Assembly: GCA_002269645.1 (NCBI GenBank)
Contig: NIVC01003072.1
Span: 45,489 to 109,488 of the forward strand
DNA: 64,000 bases
Direction of reading: 5' to 3'
Source of the DNA: Macrostomum lignano
Taxonomy: Eukaryota
The position numbers and the translations under genes were made by a program. Within the stretch, counting starts at the first letter, position 1. Each line of letters starts with the position of its first letter. The notes beneath the pieces are model-generated. The model saw nothing but the letters and a program-made list of their open reading frames with translations, was not told where the DNA came from and did not search any database. Positions 50,865 through 64,000 of the stretch are shown here, one piece after another.

Positions 50865-53038
50865 AGCGGCTTAGCAGGCATGAGGTGCCCATTGGGAATG
50901 AATATTGTCCTGCTAAGCAATGCAGATCCATTAGTCTGAAAAGAGGCGTGGAGAATGCACTGATGCCTGTATACATATAAGCGTATGCTCATTGTTGCCA
51001 GCAAGACGTACAACTGCTTGTACTCTACCTCAACAACATGTATATCAACTCCAGATCCACTTCTGCTGTTTATTTTACCTCCACTGCCTACTCTACCCTC
51101 GTTTGCCTAGCTAATCTACCCTGCCTACTCTACCCTCGTTTGCCTAGCTAATCTACCCTCGTTTGCCTACTCTACCCTCGTTTGCCTACTCTACCCTCGT
51201 TTGCCTAGCTAATCTACCCTCGTTTGCCTACTCTACCCTCGTTTGCCTAGCTAATCTACCCTCGTTTGCCTACTCTACCCTCGTTTGCCTACTCTACCCT
51301 CGTTTGCCTACTCTACCCTCGTTTGCCTACTCTACCCTCGTTTGCCTACTCTACCCCTGTTTTCGGCTACTCAACCTTGTTGCCTACTTTATCCCAACTG
51401 AAAACTCTATGTCAGATGCCTATTCTACTCCCGCTGCCGACTCTACCCCCACGCCAGGCAAAGTAGTAGGCCCGTTGCCTACTCTACCCCAGCTGCCGAC
51501 TCTAAGCCAACAGCCTGTATACTCTACTACCGCTGCCTAATCTACTATAACATATCGCTGCTTAACACTACCTTCACTGCGAATACATAGATACACATGT
51601 ACTTAAAGTAGACTGGTTCAAAATGAAAGGCACACAAAAAGCATTATAAGCCGGAAATTTGAATTCACGCCAAAACCAGTAGCTATGCAAAACGAATGTC
51701 CGTGCTTGAAAATTAATTATATATTTGTTTTTTAAACCGGATGCCCCCACCGTAGCGTGGCAACTAAAAGACGCATTCGCTATCAATTTTATGACAAAAC
51801 TTTTCTGTTCGTTACTTTGGTTTAAAGCGAAAAGCCATTATAAGAATATAATAAAATACATTATTTCTTATTCGCAAAGTACGAACTAGCTAATTTCTTC
51901 CCAAAGGCAAGAAGCAACTGTTGATGGGAAAACTAGAAATAATATTAATAATAAAACAGCATTACGATCAATTGATAAAACAAAATTGCAAAGCGAATTT
52001 TATGCAAATGATAGCTAAATTACTAACACCGTTTGATAAAACAAACTAAACGGTTTTGTTTTAATTTTAATCACCAATCGAAGTGAACCGCTTTAAAATC
52101 TTCTTAATAATACATTTTCTAAAAGAATGAGATTCTAGATAAACAAATAACTGATTTTTTAATTTGTTTTGTATATAAAGTAAATCAAAACAACAGCCAA
52201 ATACGGGAACAGAATGGGTTGTATACATAAATATTCCTAAAACAGTTTTTACTTTAAATGTCCAATTCAGCGCTGCTTTGTTGTAAAAATATATCTAAAT
52301 AAATCATAACGATATTTAATCTGACTTTACTTGTACGCATAAAAGTACATCATATCAAATTATATTCTAGTGAACAGCATATACATGTCAAGGACCACTA
52401 GGAACACTTCGTTATAGTCTAGTAGTCCTTGATACATGTACAGTGTGTATAGTACAATAAGTGTAAAATACTGGGTAATTTAGATTCCCTAATATTATTA
52501 TTAGCACGAAGTACGCTCGTAATATAATAATTACTTGGTTTCATATACATATTGTTTACTATTAAACATCATATCACAGTGCAGAAATTTTTAAGGATTC
52601 ATAACATTACATAAAACAACAAATACAACTTTGCTGAAAAATTTAGGAAGTGCCACGAATAAGAGAAAACAAATGATTTGGACACATGATAAATAATGAT
52701 TTGCCATTTTCGAAAGAACTAAAACTAAAATTTTATTCAAAATTCAGCAACAAAAGTATCCAGGTCGATACAGCGAATTTTCAAGGCATCACAAAGCCGG
52801 AAATTCCGGTTTCATAGATTTGTTATAAATAGCGAAATAAGCCTTGAACCAACAACAGACTGCGCACAAACAACGAGGCAATTAATACAACAATCTAGTA
52901 CTGATGGGTAAAATCGCCCTCTCCGATTTTACTATTGACAAAATTAACTACACGAAATCCGAGTCCAACTTTTTCCGGCTTTTTTGGTGTCTCTTTTTGG
53001 TTCACACGGACATTTTCGACAACGAGAGAGAAGCCCAT
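50865..53038 (-). CDS. Possible unidentified multi-exon gene; candidate exons 53038-~52900, 51062-51029, 50935-50865
   Basis: Two small AG/GT-bounded exons join in phase (VDLELIYMLLR|LMDLHCLAGQYSFPMGTSCLLSR). An upstream ORF reads MGFSLVVENVRV..VGLGFRVVNF. The model is incomplete. Confidence 0.3.
51085..51350 (+). repeat. 19-bp minisatellite (gcctactctaccctcgttt)
   Basis: Tandem units. Confidence 0.9.
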
Positions 53039-53852
53039 TTAAACATTGAAAAAGTTTTTTTAAACGACACTAATTATTACACCGAGTAAAGTGGGTTTTC
53101 TCCAATATTAAAAAAATACGTACCTGGTGCTTAATAAACTGCCGTTGCTGTGCAGGTGAGGTGGCCGCGGCTTTGAGAAACGAAACACCAATCGCGAACA
53201 CAATAAAAACCTCGATTTGAGCGAACAGAAGCAGAGCAGCGCGAAGCAAAAAAAAATTAAATTGCTTTGCTTTTCTCTAGTTTTATCCGACACCAAAAAT
53301 TAGAAAATGATAGTGCATGGCTCGTATGAAACCCAAAAGTTTTATGGTACGTGATAGTTAGAAATAAGAAAGAAATTACCGAGTGTGCTCTCTAATGAAA
53401 GCGACGCGTTTTAGATTGACATTCATTTTGCCCCTCCATTTTGCTTAAAAAGGCATTCCCTACGTTTTTATCAACGGATTTGACACCTAAACTGTGCAAA
53501 TTTTACCATAAAATAGGTTGGGTAACTACACCATTCAGAATGATCTTACTAAGTAAGCTCAAAATTATATAGTAAGGAAAATATTGAAAGGTTAAAAATA
53601 ATAAATAAATTTCTATGAAAATAGTGAAAGAATAAAACAAGAATCAGTTTCTGCTCGGCTAGAAAAGTCGTTAAATTTTTCGAAACTTCTCCACACTTCG
53701 TATCGTATTGAGCAAATTAATAAAATCATTAAACAAATGGAACTAGTTGACCCCAACTAAAGTCTAAAGATCCCCATTACAAATATATGGCTCGATGGCT
53801 TTTTGTCCATAAATAGGTATATTTGTCGCAAAAATATATGGATAGAATTAAT

Positions 53853-56800
53853 TCACACCAATCGACCCCTGATAGGCGCGTAGACTCTGTCGTAGAACTC
53901 GTACACCAACGGGTGCTCTCGAAGGCTTCGCATTGTTGGAGAAGTCAGGTTGGCCTCGTAGAACAGCACCAGCCCGACTAGGGTCAGCAGCGAGAACGCG
54001 GCGGTCAGGACCAGAGCAGCCTGGGTGCGCGACACTGGACGAATCAGGTCGGACGCTGTCGCTGCAGTGTCTCGGTGCTGATTGGTCGATACGCTGCTGT
54101 TGCCGTTCGACGCCGCGGCGGAGGCGGCCACAACTGCGGCCGCAATGCCTGCTTCCTCTTTGACTACTTCGTGATGCTCCAGCACCTGGTCGAGCTCTGC
54201 GACGGCTGCGTTGTCATCGAAGCTCTCCGCGGAAGCAACCGCTACTGTAGTTGGAGTTTCTTCCGGCTCGACTGGATGTACTTCATCAACTTCAGTTGGA
54301 TTAATGTTGCCATTTGCCGCGGTTAAGCTGCCTTCGATTGGACTAGCAGATTCAACAGTAGCGCTTGAGACTGCAGCAACGACAGCCTCGTCGGTAACCT
54401 CCTCCTGAATTTATGATTATAATCCCGATTAAAGGTATCTACTTGCAAAACTGCTACAACTTTTAAGAGAAATCACGGGTTTTACGAGTTGTGGGAGCGT
54501 TTAAGTCGAACTATTATCGTGATAACAGTGGAAAAATCATTGAAAACAATAATTACTTACTGCATATTGATCCTGTTGAACGTCCTTGACCTCCGCGTCT
54601 CCCTCCGAGGCAGGAGCGCCATCGCCGAGGCCGAGGTCCGAGCTCTGAGCAACTTCAACGCCTGCCGATTGTTCTCCAGCTTCCTTAGCTCCGGATGCAG
54701 CCGATGAAGCTGAAGAAGCCGCTTTCGCTGAAGCTTCGGATTCGCCGGTAGCAGCGTGAGACGACGCGGCGGCGGAGGAAGCAGCAAGACCCTGACGATC
54801 TTCAAACACGCTGTCTGCCTTGCTGTCTGCCTTGCTGTCAGCCTTGCTGTCAGCCTTGCTGTCTGCCTTGCTGTCTGCCTTGCTGTCTGCCTTGCTGTCA
54901 GCCTTGCTGTCAGCCTTGCTGTCAGCCTTGCTGTCTGCCTTGCTATCAGTTCGCCTATCGCTCTCTGGAGCGACGCCCGATGAAGCCTGATCATGAGCCT
55001 CCATAGCCTCCTCTACTTCCGGCCGCTTCCGACCAGGGTAAGTTGCGAATCGAGTAGAGGATGCGGTGTCTCGTTTGGCGGCCTCCGCCTGGTTGGCCTG
55101 GGCGCGTCTGGACTGGCTGGATTCATAGAAGTGGCAGGGGTCAGGGATATGGGATCTGCGTGATAGACTGTTGACGCTGCTACCGTAGTCTAAGTGAGGC
55201 TACAGATAACTTAATTATCTGTGTACATTATGCATTAATGTTTTGATGTACATTATGCTAATGCTTTGACGTACATTATGCATTTATGCTTTGATGTACA
55301 TTATGCATCGATGTTTTGATGTACATTATGCATTAATGCTTTGATGTACATTATACATGCCTCATATGTATTGATTATCTTAGCATCTATCTATTTATTA
55401 ATTAAGAAAACTTGCGTCAATACTAAATAGTGCTACACAAACCGTTTGTTAAATTTCAAGCATAAAATGTTAGACAAGCAAAAGCATGTTTAAATTTTAA
55501 TGAAAATCATGGTGGACATTTCCAGTCAACAATACAGTTAGCTTACGCATATCAAATAATTTATGTGAAAAATTAGTGAATACTACTTTACTTTATTCAA
55601 TTTGCGTAATGTAGGATAACTTAATATTGAAACGTACTAAATTTTAAAAAGCCAGCAATTAAGCGACACACTGCAGAGCTTGATGTGAGAGATCAGAGTG
55701 ACTTCAAGTCGCTGCCGCTTGTTGTTGCGACAAAATGTTGTCAATTTTTTTTGTTTTACCTAACCGACGAAATGTCGCTCCCATCGCTGCTGTCGCTGGA
55801 TGAGTACCTGAGCCGCTTGCGGACTGACGGCAGTCGGCGTACAGTTGGACACGAGCTCATGCTGCTCGACCTTTTCACCCTAATTTATAGTACAAATTGT
55901 TGTTCATTGTTTCCCTTTGTTAATTGTCTGCATCTGCATTGCTGAGCTGCTGGACTGCCGTACAGACTCTGAACTCTGCAGACTCTGAACTCTGCAGACT
56001 CTGAACTCTGCAGACTCTGAACTCTGCAGACTCTGAACTCTGCAGACTCTGAACTCTGCAGACTCTGAACTCTGCAGACTCTGAACTCTGCAGACTCTGA
56101 ACTCTGCAGACTCTGAACTGTACAGACTCTGAACTGTACAGACTCTGAACTGTACAGACTCTGAACTGTACAGACTCTGAACTCTACAGACTCTGAACTC
56201 TACAGACTCTGAACTCTACAGACTCTGAACTGTACAGACTCTGAACTCTGCAGACTCTGAACTCTACAGACTCTGAACTCTACAGACTCTGAACTCTGCA
56301 GACTCAGAACTGTACAGACTCTGAACTCTGCAGACTCTGAACTCTACAGACTCTGAACTGTACAGACTCTGAACTCTACAGACTCTGAACTCTACAGACT
56401 CTGAACTCTGCAGACTCTGAACTGTACAGACTCTGAACTCTGCAGACTCTGAACTCTACAGACTCTGAACTCTACAGACTCTGAACTCTGCAGACTCTGA
56501 ACTGTACAGACTCTGAACTCTGCAGACTCTGAACTCTACAGACTCTGAACTCTACAGACTCTGAACTCTGCAGACTCTGAACTGTACAGACTCTGAACTC
56601 TGCAGACTCTGAACTCTACAGACTCTGAACTCTGCAGACTCTGAACTCTACAGACTCTGAACTCTACAGACTCTGAACTCTGCAGACTCTGAACTGTACA
56701 GACTCTGAACTCTGCAGACTCTGAACTCTACAGACTCTGAACTCTACAGACTCTGAACTCTGCAGACTCTGAACTGTACAGACTCTGAACTCTGCAGACT

Positions 56801-59800
56801 CTGAGTTCTACAGACTCTGAACTCTACAGACTCTGAACTCTGCAGACTCTGAACTCTACAGACTCTGAACTCTGCAGACTCTGAGTTCTACAGACTCTGA
56901 ACTCTACAGACTCTGAACTCACAGGCTTACGAAGCAAAATAGATTAATTGTTTTCGTACTTAAATAAAGATAAAAACGTTAGATTGATTCTTTCCGTAGA
57001 AAAAGTGTCTCTTCCAATCCAATTAGGGAATTCAAGAGAATCTAAAATCTAAAATTTTTAATTGGAGATAAAAGAATACATTCATTTGTCACATGCACGC
57101 GACTAGCAAGCCAATACTTCAATTAGTGAAACAGAATATCTGTCTGAACTGTCCAAACGAACTGTCCATATATATAGATATGAAATTAAGTAATATAAAA
57201 ATGTGTTCCCCGAGGACTACTTACCGAACTACGGGAGGAGCCGTCTGTTCCACATTCAGAAAGTAGTTACTAGATGACAGCAGCTCTTTTTGAGAACGTC
57301 CACTGCAATAAAACAAATTTATTTTCTAACATATTTAAACACAAATCCAGAATGCTGATTTAGAAATCAAGGCGAAGCCAGATTAATTCAATTTAATAAC
57401 CTGAATCTGAAGCTGTTGCGCCGACGTCTTAGAAAGCCATCGTTTGACTTCACAACGCGCGCCTCGGAGCCTTTGTTGAGCCTGAGCAAGGGAACAAGAG
57501 CAGTGAGAGAGAATGCATGCAAGAAAAAAAACGAGTTTTTCTGGGTTATATAAGTTGCGAAAAGCAGCTATTGGTGTAGGCAGGATTGAAAATTGAGAAG
57601 ACTGAAGAGACGGATTAAATAATAAAGCAGCTTACTCCCCTGCCTTTTCTGGAAATCGAATGTATGGATTAATGCTGCAGTAAGTCGTGACTATAAAGAT
57701 TATACCATCAGGCTTGACATAATTTTGGGCCTGACAGTCCGAGAAGAGCTGCAGATGAGCTCTTAAATAACAAAAATCCTTATAAAAATCTATCGACACT
57801 ATGAAATTCGAGCGCAGATGTGCCAGTTCTAAATTAGGAACATGCGCTCGTATTGATTCGTAGATGTATTAAGCGAGCTAGCTACAAATGTACAATACAT
57901 TCAGACTGACTGGGGGTGCGGGTGGGGAGTGGGGGCGAGTGGCCCAAAGATTTCCTACCCCAACTGACGCAGGGGGGCGGTAGATATTATCTTAGCTACG
58001 AGCTAATTGCCCTTTCCTCGGGCCGCTTAGAAGTACGAGTATGTACGTCCTGTGTTTTAATGTACATAGAGAAAGTACGCCTAAAATCTACAAAACAAAT
58101 CACTGATTGGGCTGTGAGTGGGGGTTGGGGTCAGTGATCACCAGTTAAAAAATTTTCTACCCCAACTGGCCCGGGGGGTTAAAGAAGAGCGGTAGATTTT
58201 ATTATCTTAGCTAACTGCCCTTTCCTCGGGCCTAGAAATGTACCTGCTCTGTGCTTTAATGTACATAGAGAAAGTACGCTTGAATCCACAAATACTTACG
58301 TGAAAAATAGCTGTTGTTCAAGCGACGAAGCCCACAGTGCTGAAGCAGCTGCTTTGCTTTCGCATTTGAAGCCAAGCAAATGGCGCTTCTGGAAGCAAAA
58401 TATTTTAAGCGCCTTTTGTTATTAGGAGTAAAGGCTCAGTCAACGGGTCGATTTCAAAAGGCTGGATTGGATTGGCTGGAGTAGTTATTCAAGCATTTTA
58501 TATTTTACTAAATAAATTTAGGCCCAAAAAGGGTTGAAAAACGATAAATTAGGCAAAATAAATGATGCTATTCAGATCTATAAGCTATACAACGATTCAA
58601 GACCGATTAATTTCGGCTTCCACGCTGAACCCATAACACCGGACAAGATAATAAGAGCGGTACACCGTTTAAAAGTGCTGCGTAGTAGTTTAACATAATT
58701 AAGTGCCTCAAAAACTATAAACGGAAAAAATTTGGTTGCGACAGAATCATGGCGCTAGAAATCAAATCACAAAACCAAGTAAGGCAACATTTTTGTTTAA
58801 ACTCGTTCGCTATACGTAAAAATAGTTTTAAAAACTCCGGTAAAACAGCTAACAGTTTCTTGCAGCTGGGAGTTTGACAACGAAACAGCGATTGCGCCGC
58901 TTTAGTTATTAATCATGCATTTGATTTTGTTCGATATTATTTCAAAAAAAGAAACGACAACAGTTATTTAATTGTGCTTCTTAAACTCTAAAGGTCATGC
59001 TTTATTGTACTATGGAAAGATTCATACCGGCGAGAATGGCAGTCGAATTTTTGGCTAAAAAATAATTATATTTTTGTGTAGTCATCAATCATTTGTTTGA
59101 GTTCAAATAAAACGACGAAAACAATGCACTTTCACGGCCAATCTTTACCAGTAGTTAAAATTATAAATTAATACCCTTTCTTTTCTACTTTCATTTAGTA
59201 GTATTTATGATTTGATAACTATAGATAAAAACTAAATAACTAAGAAGTAAATGTTGAGTGATAAATGTTTGCACTCCATTGTCTCAGTTTTAAGCTTATC
59301 TTGAAGAACAAAATAGCAAAGCCAGGGGTGTCACCATGGATTTTTTGGTGGGGGGCGACCAAACCAAGATTTCAACATGTACATGACTAAATTCCTACAT
59401 TTCCATTATTTTGATAATCGTGCTGTCGGCGCTTATTTTAGCGCCACCGGAACTCATTTTAGCGCCGCAGGCACTCATTTTAGCGCCGCAGGCACTCATT
59501 TTAGCGCCGCAGGCACTCATTTTAGCGCCGCAAGCACTCATTTTAGCGCCGCAGGCACTCATTTTAGCGCCGCAAGCACCCATTTTAGCGCCGCAGGCAC
59601 TCATTTTAGCGCCGCAGGCACTCATTTTAGCGCCGCAGGCACTCATTTTAGCGCCGCAGGCACTCATTTTAGCGCCGCAGGCACTCATTTTAGCGCCGCA
59701 GGCACTCATTTTAGCGCCGCAGGCACTCGTTTTAGCGCCGCAGGCACTCATTTTAGCGCCGCAGGCACTCATTTTAGCGCCGCAGGCACTCATTTTAGCG

Positions 59801-62458
59801 CCGCAGGCACTCATTTTAGCGCCGCAAGCACTCATTTTAGCGCCGCAGGCACTCATTTTAGCGCCGCAGGCACTCATTTTAGCGCCGCAGGCACTCATTT
59901 TAGCGCCGCAGGCACTCATTTTAGCGCCGCAAGCACTCATTTTAGCGCCGCAGGCACTCATTTTAGCGCCGCAGGCACTCATTTTAGCGCCGCAGGCACT
60001 CATTTTAGCGCCGCAGGCACTCATTTTAGCGCCGTCGGCACTCATTTTTGCGCGGAAGGCGCTAGCTTTTAGCGCCCTGAAGAAAAATTATTGATTACCA
60101 CAAGGGGTCACAAGGTGGGGTGAAGAGGGGCAAAGCATTGGCATGTCCCCCCATAGCTTTTTACTGGGGGGGGCATGTTCCCCCCGTTCCCCCGGTGGCG
60201 ACGGGCCTGAGCAATTCAGAAATGCTAGTAATATTATTCCCGCAGACTTATAAAGTTTTCTAAGAAAATAATCAAATCTAGTAACAAAACTATCTTATTT
60301 CCAGGACGTATGTTCAAGTTTACATTCTGAGGATGAGCAAGAAATCCAGGGCAGTAGAAAATAATATAACAATCCCTATTGAGTCCCTATATAGCGATTA
60401 CCAATAAATACAGCTGGCTAAAATTCACTCTCTGTAATAAGCGCTTAAGCTGCAGTGAGCGTATAGTCAGGCTCAGTATTCCGTCTCCGCGTAAATCGAT
60501 TGCAATTGGTTCAAGGCTGAATTTGGCCTCGTAGGCAAAAAACACAGATTAGGACAGTTGCCTCGCGCCTCGCCCATTCGCCTTTCTTGAACAATCGCCC
60601 TTCACTCCACACCCAACCATGCAGTCTTCCGCTCAGTTCATGCGCACAAAAAACTGACAGACTGAGAGCTGATCGACAAAAATCGATATAATAAGGTTTG
60701 AAAAGTAGCTTCACTACATTGACTTACTAGCTTTCGCTGGGAAATTCTGGTCTCCTGCTCAACCCCCAGACTGAAATACGTTATAGTAGTTTTGTGTCTC
60801 TGAGGCACAGAAAGGCGTGGGGTTGACGGACAGACAGACAGGCAGACAGTCGAGAGCCACTTTGAGGCAGTGCACACATTATTCACTCAACATTCACTAT
60901 ACTCAGAGCAAAAAGGAAGAGGTTCGCTCAATTTGTTGAACAAAAGTGATGGTTGGTGTGCCCTGCTATTGTAGTAAGTCGTATTGTAATAAAGCATGCT
61001 GCCTCGTGACTTGGGCCAGTTTGCTGAGTTTATTTTCAAGTTCGGTTTCTGCTTTCAAGCTCTCAAAAGAAGAGACGGCAGTCTACAGAGGGTAAGAAAT
61101 AGTTTTATTATATCGTTTGAAATAGAGAGATGGAGAAATGGGAGGCTGAGAGGGAGATGAAAACCAGAGCCAAAACATTTTTTACTGTACAGGCTTTGAG
61201 TTTTGTATGCCGATGGAGCAAAATGAACGAGTTGAAAGCAAAATGCCCACCCCAGGGTTGGAGTTCAATGTATACTTTTGTGGCAATTCTTGCTAAAGAA
61301 AAACAACTAACTCTGCTACTCTGTGGGAGACTTTGTCGAATAAAAATAACTAAGCTATGATTTCTATTGACTCGTCAATAAGTCACAGAAACGTGTGAAA
61401 CTGTTTCTGTGACTGTTCTGTGATTGTTGTGGAGCCACAGAAAGGATAGGGAAGTGTTAGGGGTCAGTGACCAACAAGAGGTTGCAGGGTCAGTGACCAA
61501 CAAGAGGTTGCAGGGTCAGTGACCAACAAGAGGTTGCAGGGTCAGTGACCAACAAGAGGTTGCAGGGTCACAGACCAAAGAGATTGCAGGGTCACAGACC
61601 AAAGATATTGCAGGGTCACAGACCAAAGAGGTTGCAAGATCACAGACCTGGAACGGCAGGACAGCAAGGGATGAAAAATATTTTATTTTTAAGACTTTGA
61701 AACTAGTTCGATTGGCGGTAAAAATGCATCTGTTCGTCATTGTTTACGAAATGGATGCCAGTAATTGCACTGTTGCAATGATTAGGGAATTCATTCTTTA
61801 CCTTGTACTTGAAAGCTGCCATTGCTGTTGAAATGTCACCATCCTGTGTTCAGAATTGAGAACAAATCATTAATATAGGGAGAAACATTTTCGCTACAGG
61901 AAAAATTGCAAAGGAGCAGATAAAAAGGACTGGTAGAGCGAGTAGAAAATAACTTCAGTCATTAGTAGATTAACACACAAAAATAGCTCAGCTACAGAGA
62001 GCCACTGCAAGTAGTCAAAGAGCCATCTAATATAAAGCCATCAATTATAATTACATTCTAATGCAGCTGCTTCGTAGAAAATATGAATTGTAACTCACCG
62101 TGCTGCTCAAATTGATCTCCAGCAGAAGCATCTTGTCCTGCACTCGAATGTGATTGATTGACTCCCTGTCGTTTGGAGACGGTGGATGAACAGAGCTATT
62201 CATTTTGTAGCTTAAATATTAGCAGGTGAGGATCAGGGCGAGCCTCAGGACATGGAAAACTATAATGAAACCTACTGCAACCAAATTCATTTGATAGATA
62301 ATTATTTGACTGACAAACACTGCACTATTCTTTAATATTTGTTTATTTCAACACAGCGACGCCACCAACCAAGGGAAAGAGTGGGTCAGCTTGCTGCCGT
62401 GAAAAGTGACCACCGCTCGGTGCGACAGGCCTAGGAATAGCGAGTTGCCGTTGCGGTC
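53853..62458 (-). CDS. FRMD5: FRMD5/FRMD3-like FERM + FA + C-terminal TM protein, 5'-incomplete; exons 62458-62370, 62165-62099, (61843-61802), 58388-58300, 57481-57401, 57302-57225, 55879-55760, ~55179-54561, 54404-53853
   Basis: In-phase exons give FERM C-lobe DRNGNSLFLGLSHRAVVTFHGSKLTHSFPW|ESINHIRVQDKMLLLEI..KRHLLGFKCESKAAASALWASSLEQQLFF and FA domain RRNSFRFS|GRSQKEL. The C-terminus is a hydrophobic helix followed by FYEANL..LREHPLVYEFYDRVYAPIR, like FRMD5 TESDL..IRQTPEFEQFHYQYFCPLR. The acceptor at 55179 vs 55189 is ambiguous. Confidence 0.82.
55965..56920 (+). repeat. 16-bp minisatellite (cagactctgaactctg/a), about 60 copies
   Basis: Tandem units in a FERM-gene intron. Confidence 0.97.
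57945..58295 (+). repeat. Diverged direct duplication of about 150 bp (57945-58095 and 58150-58295)
   Basis: Shared ctaccccaactg..gcggtagat..attatcttagcta..tgccctttcctcgggcc..aatgtacatagagaaagtacgc. Confidence 0.85.
59323..60209. mobile_element. hAT-like non-autonomous element carrying a 21-bp minisatellite (ggcactcattttagcgccgca, about 59430-60050)
   Basis: Imperfect ends CAGGGGTGTCACCA / TGGCGACGGGCCTG; flanks AGCAAAGC / AGCAATTC match at 6 of 8 positions. The array is seen directly. Confidence 0.65.
61460..61640 (+). repeat. 26-bp tandem repeat (gaggttgcagggtcagtgaccaacaa)
   Basis: About 6 units. Confidence 0.88.
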
Positions 62459-62966
62459 CTGAGCGAGTTTGAATTGGCGCGCTTGTAAGGCTTTTTAAAC
62501 AAAAATAACAACCGTATAAACAATTATTTGACGAATGTTTTATAGTAAAAGCTTCAAGCTGAGTCATCTAATAACTCATCTAGCCATCTGATTGTGAATC
62601 AAATACTCACTTAATTTAAAAAACCCAAGTCCTGAACTCCATCCAGTACCTCTTACAATATCGGGCCTGCTACACAGTAAAGGCAGCCCGCACTAACAGC
62701 CTGTTGACTCAGTCAGAGCCAGCGGGTAGGCAGCATGGGAGGGGCGAACCGCTTGCTTGCCTAGTGGGATAGTGAGTGAGAAGGAAGCTTGGACAGAGAG
62801 GGGGAGAGAGAAACAAGCCAGAGGAACGAAGCCTCACTAAAAGTACAGATACAATATAGCTCCCACTGGGTATTTTCTACAGCGGCAGGCGTATTGCACA
62901 AAGCAGAATTCTGCTGACATAAAGGGTGTTGTTCCCACATCAGCTCACAACCATTATCTGTGAGCA

Positions 62967-63965
<999 letters not shown>

Positions 63966-64000
63966 GAGGTAGATGGAAATTTCCGAGAGTTCTGACTGGT

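Noticed and set aside
60728-60770. 43-nt AG/GT-bounded candidate exon (LGVEQETRISQRKL) in the FERM gene
   Set aside because: Its phase (2 to 0) does not fit the upstream phase-0 donors, and the FERM alignment is complete without it.

Overview
Eukaryotic, intron-rich animal genomic DNA, with no prokaryotic features. Minisatellite-filled introns and TTG-tailed LINE fragments suggest a free-living flatworm such as Macrostomum; this is inference. Genes resolved by hand from GT-AG junctions are: a divergent SLC1/EAAT transporter (+, 1-3561, 5' part outside the window); beta-TrCP (+, 8892-12581); a 19-exon minus-strand gene (29093-15751); CFAP90/C5orf49 (+, head-to-head with the 19-exon gene); two intronless 4-EF-hand calmodulin-like genes (-); and a FRMD5/FRMD3-like FERM-FA-transmembrane gene (-, 62458-53853, 5' part unresolved). 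The 19 exons splice in frame into one ORF of about 1800 aa: CARD, then an APPBP2-like BC-box/cullin-box + TPR region, then four tandem Rab GTPase domains. This predicted fusion is the main discovery candidate. Inside that gene, a hAT MITE has an 8-bp target-site duplication that duplicates a splice acceptor. The rest of the window is hAT-type non-autonomous elements, LINE fragments, a probable LTR remnant and many micro/minisatellites. Most long ORFs in the supplied track are repeat artefacts.
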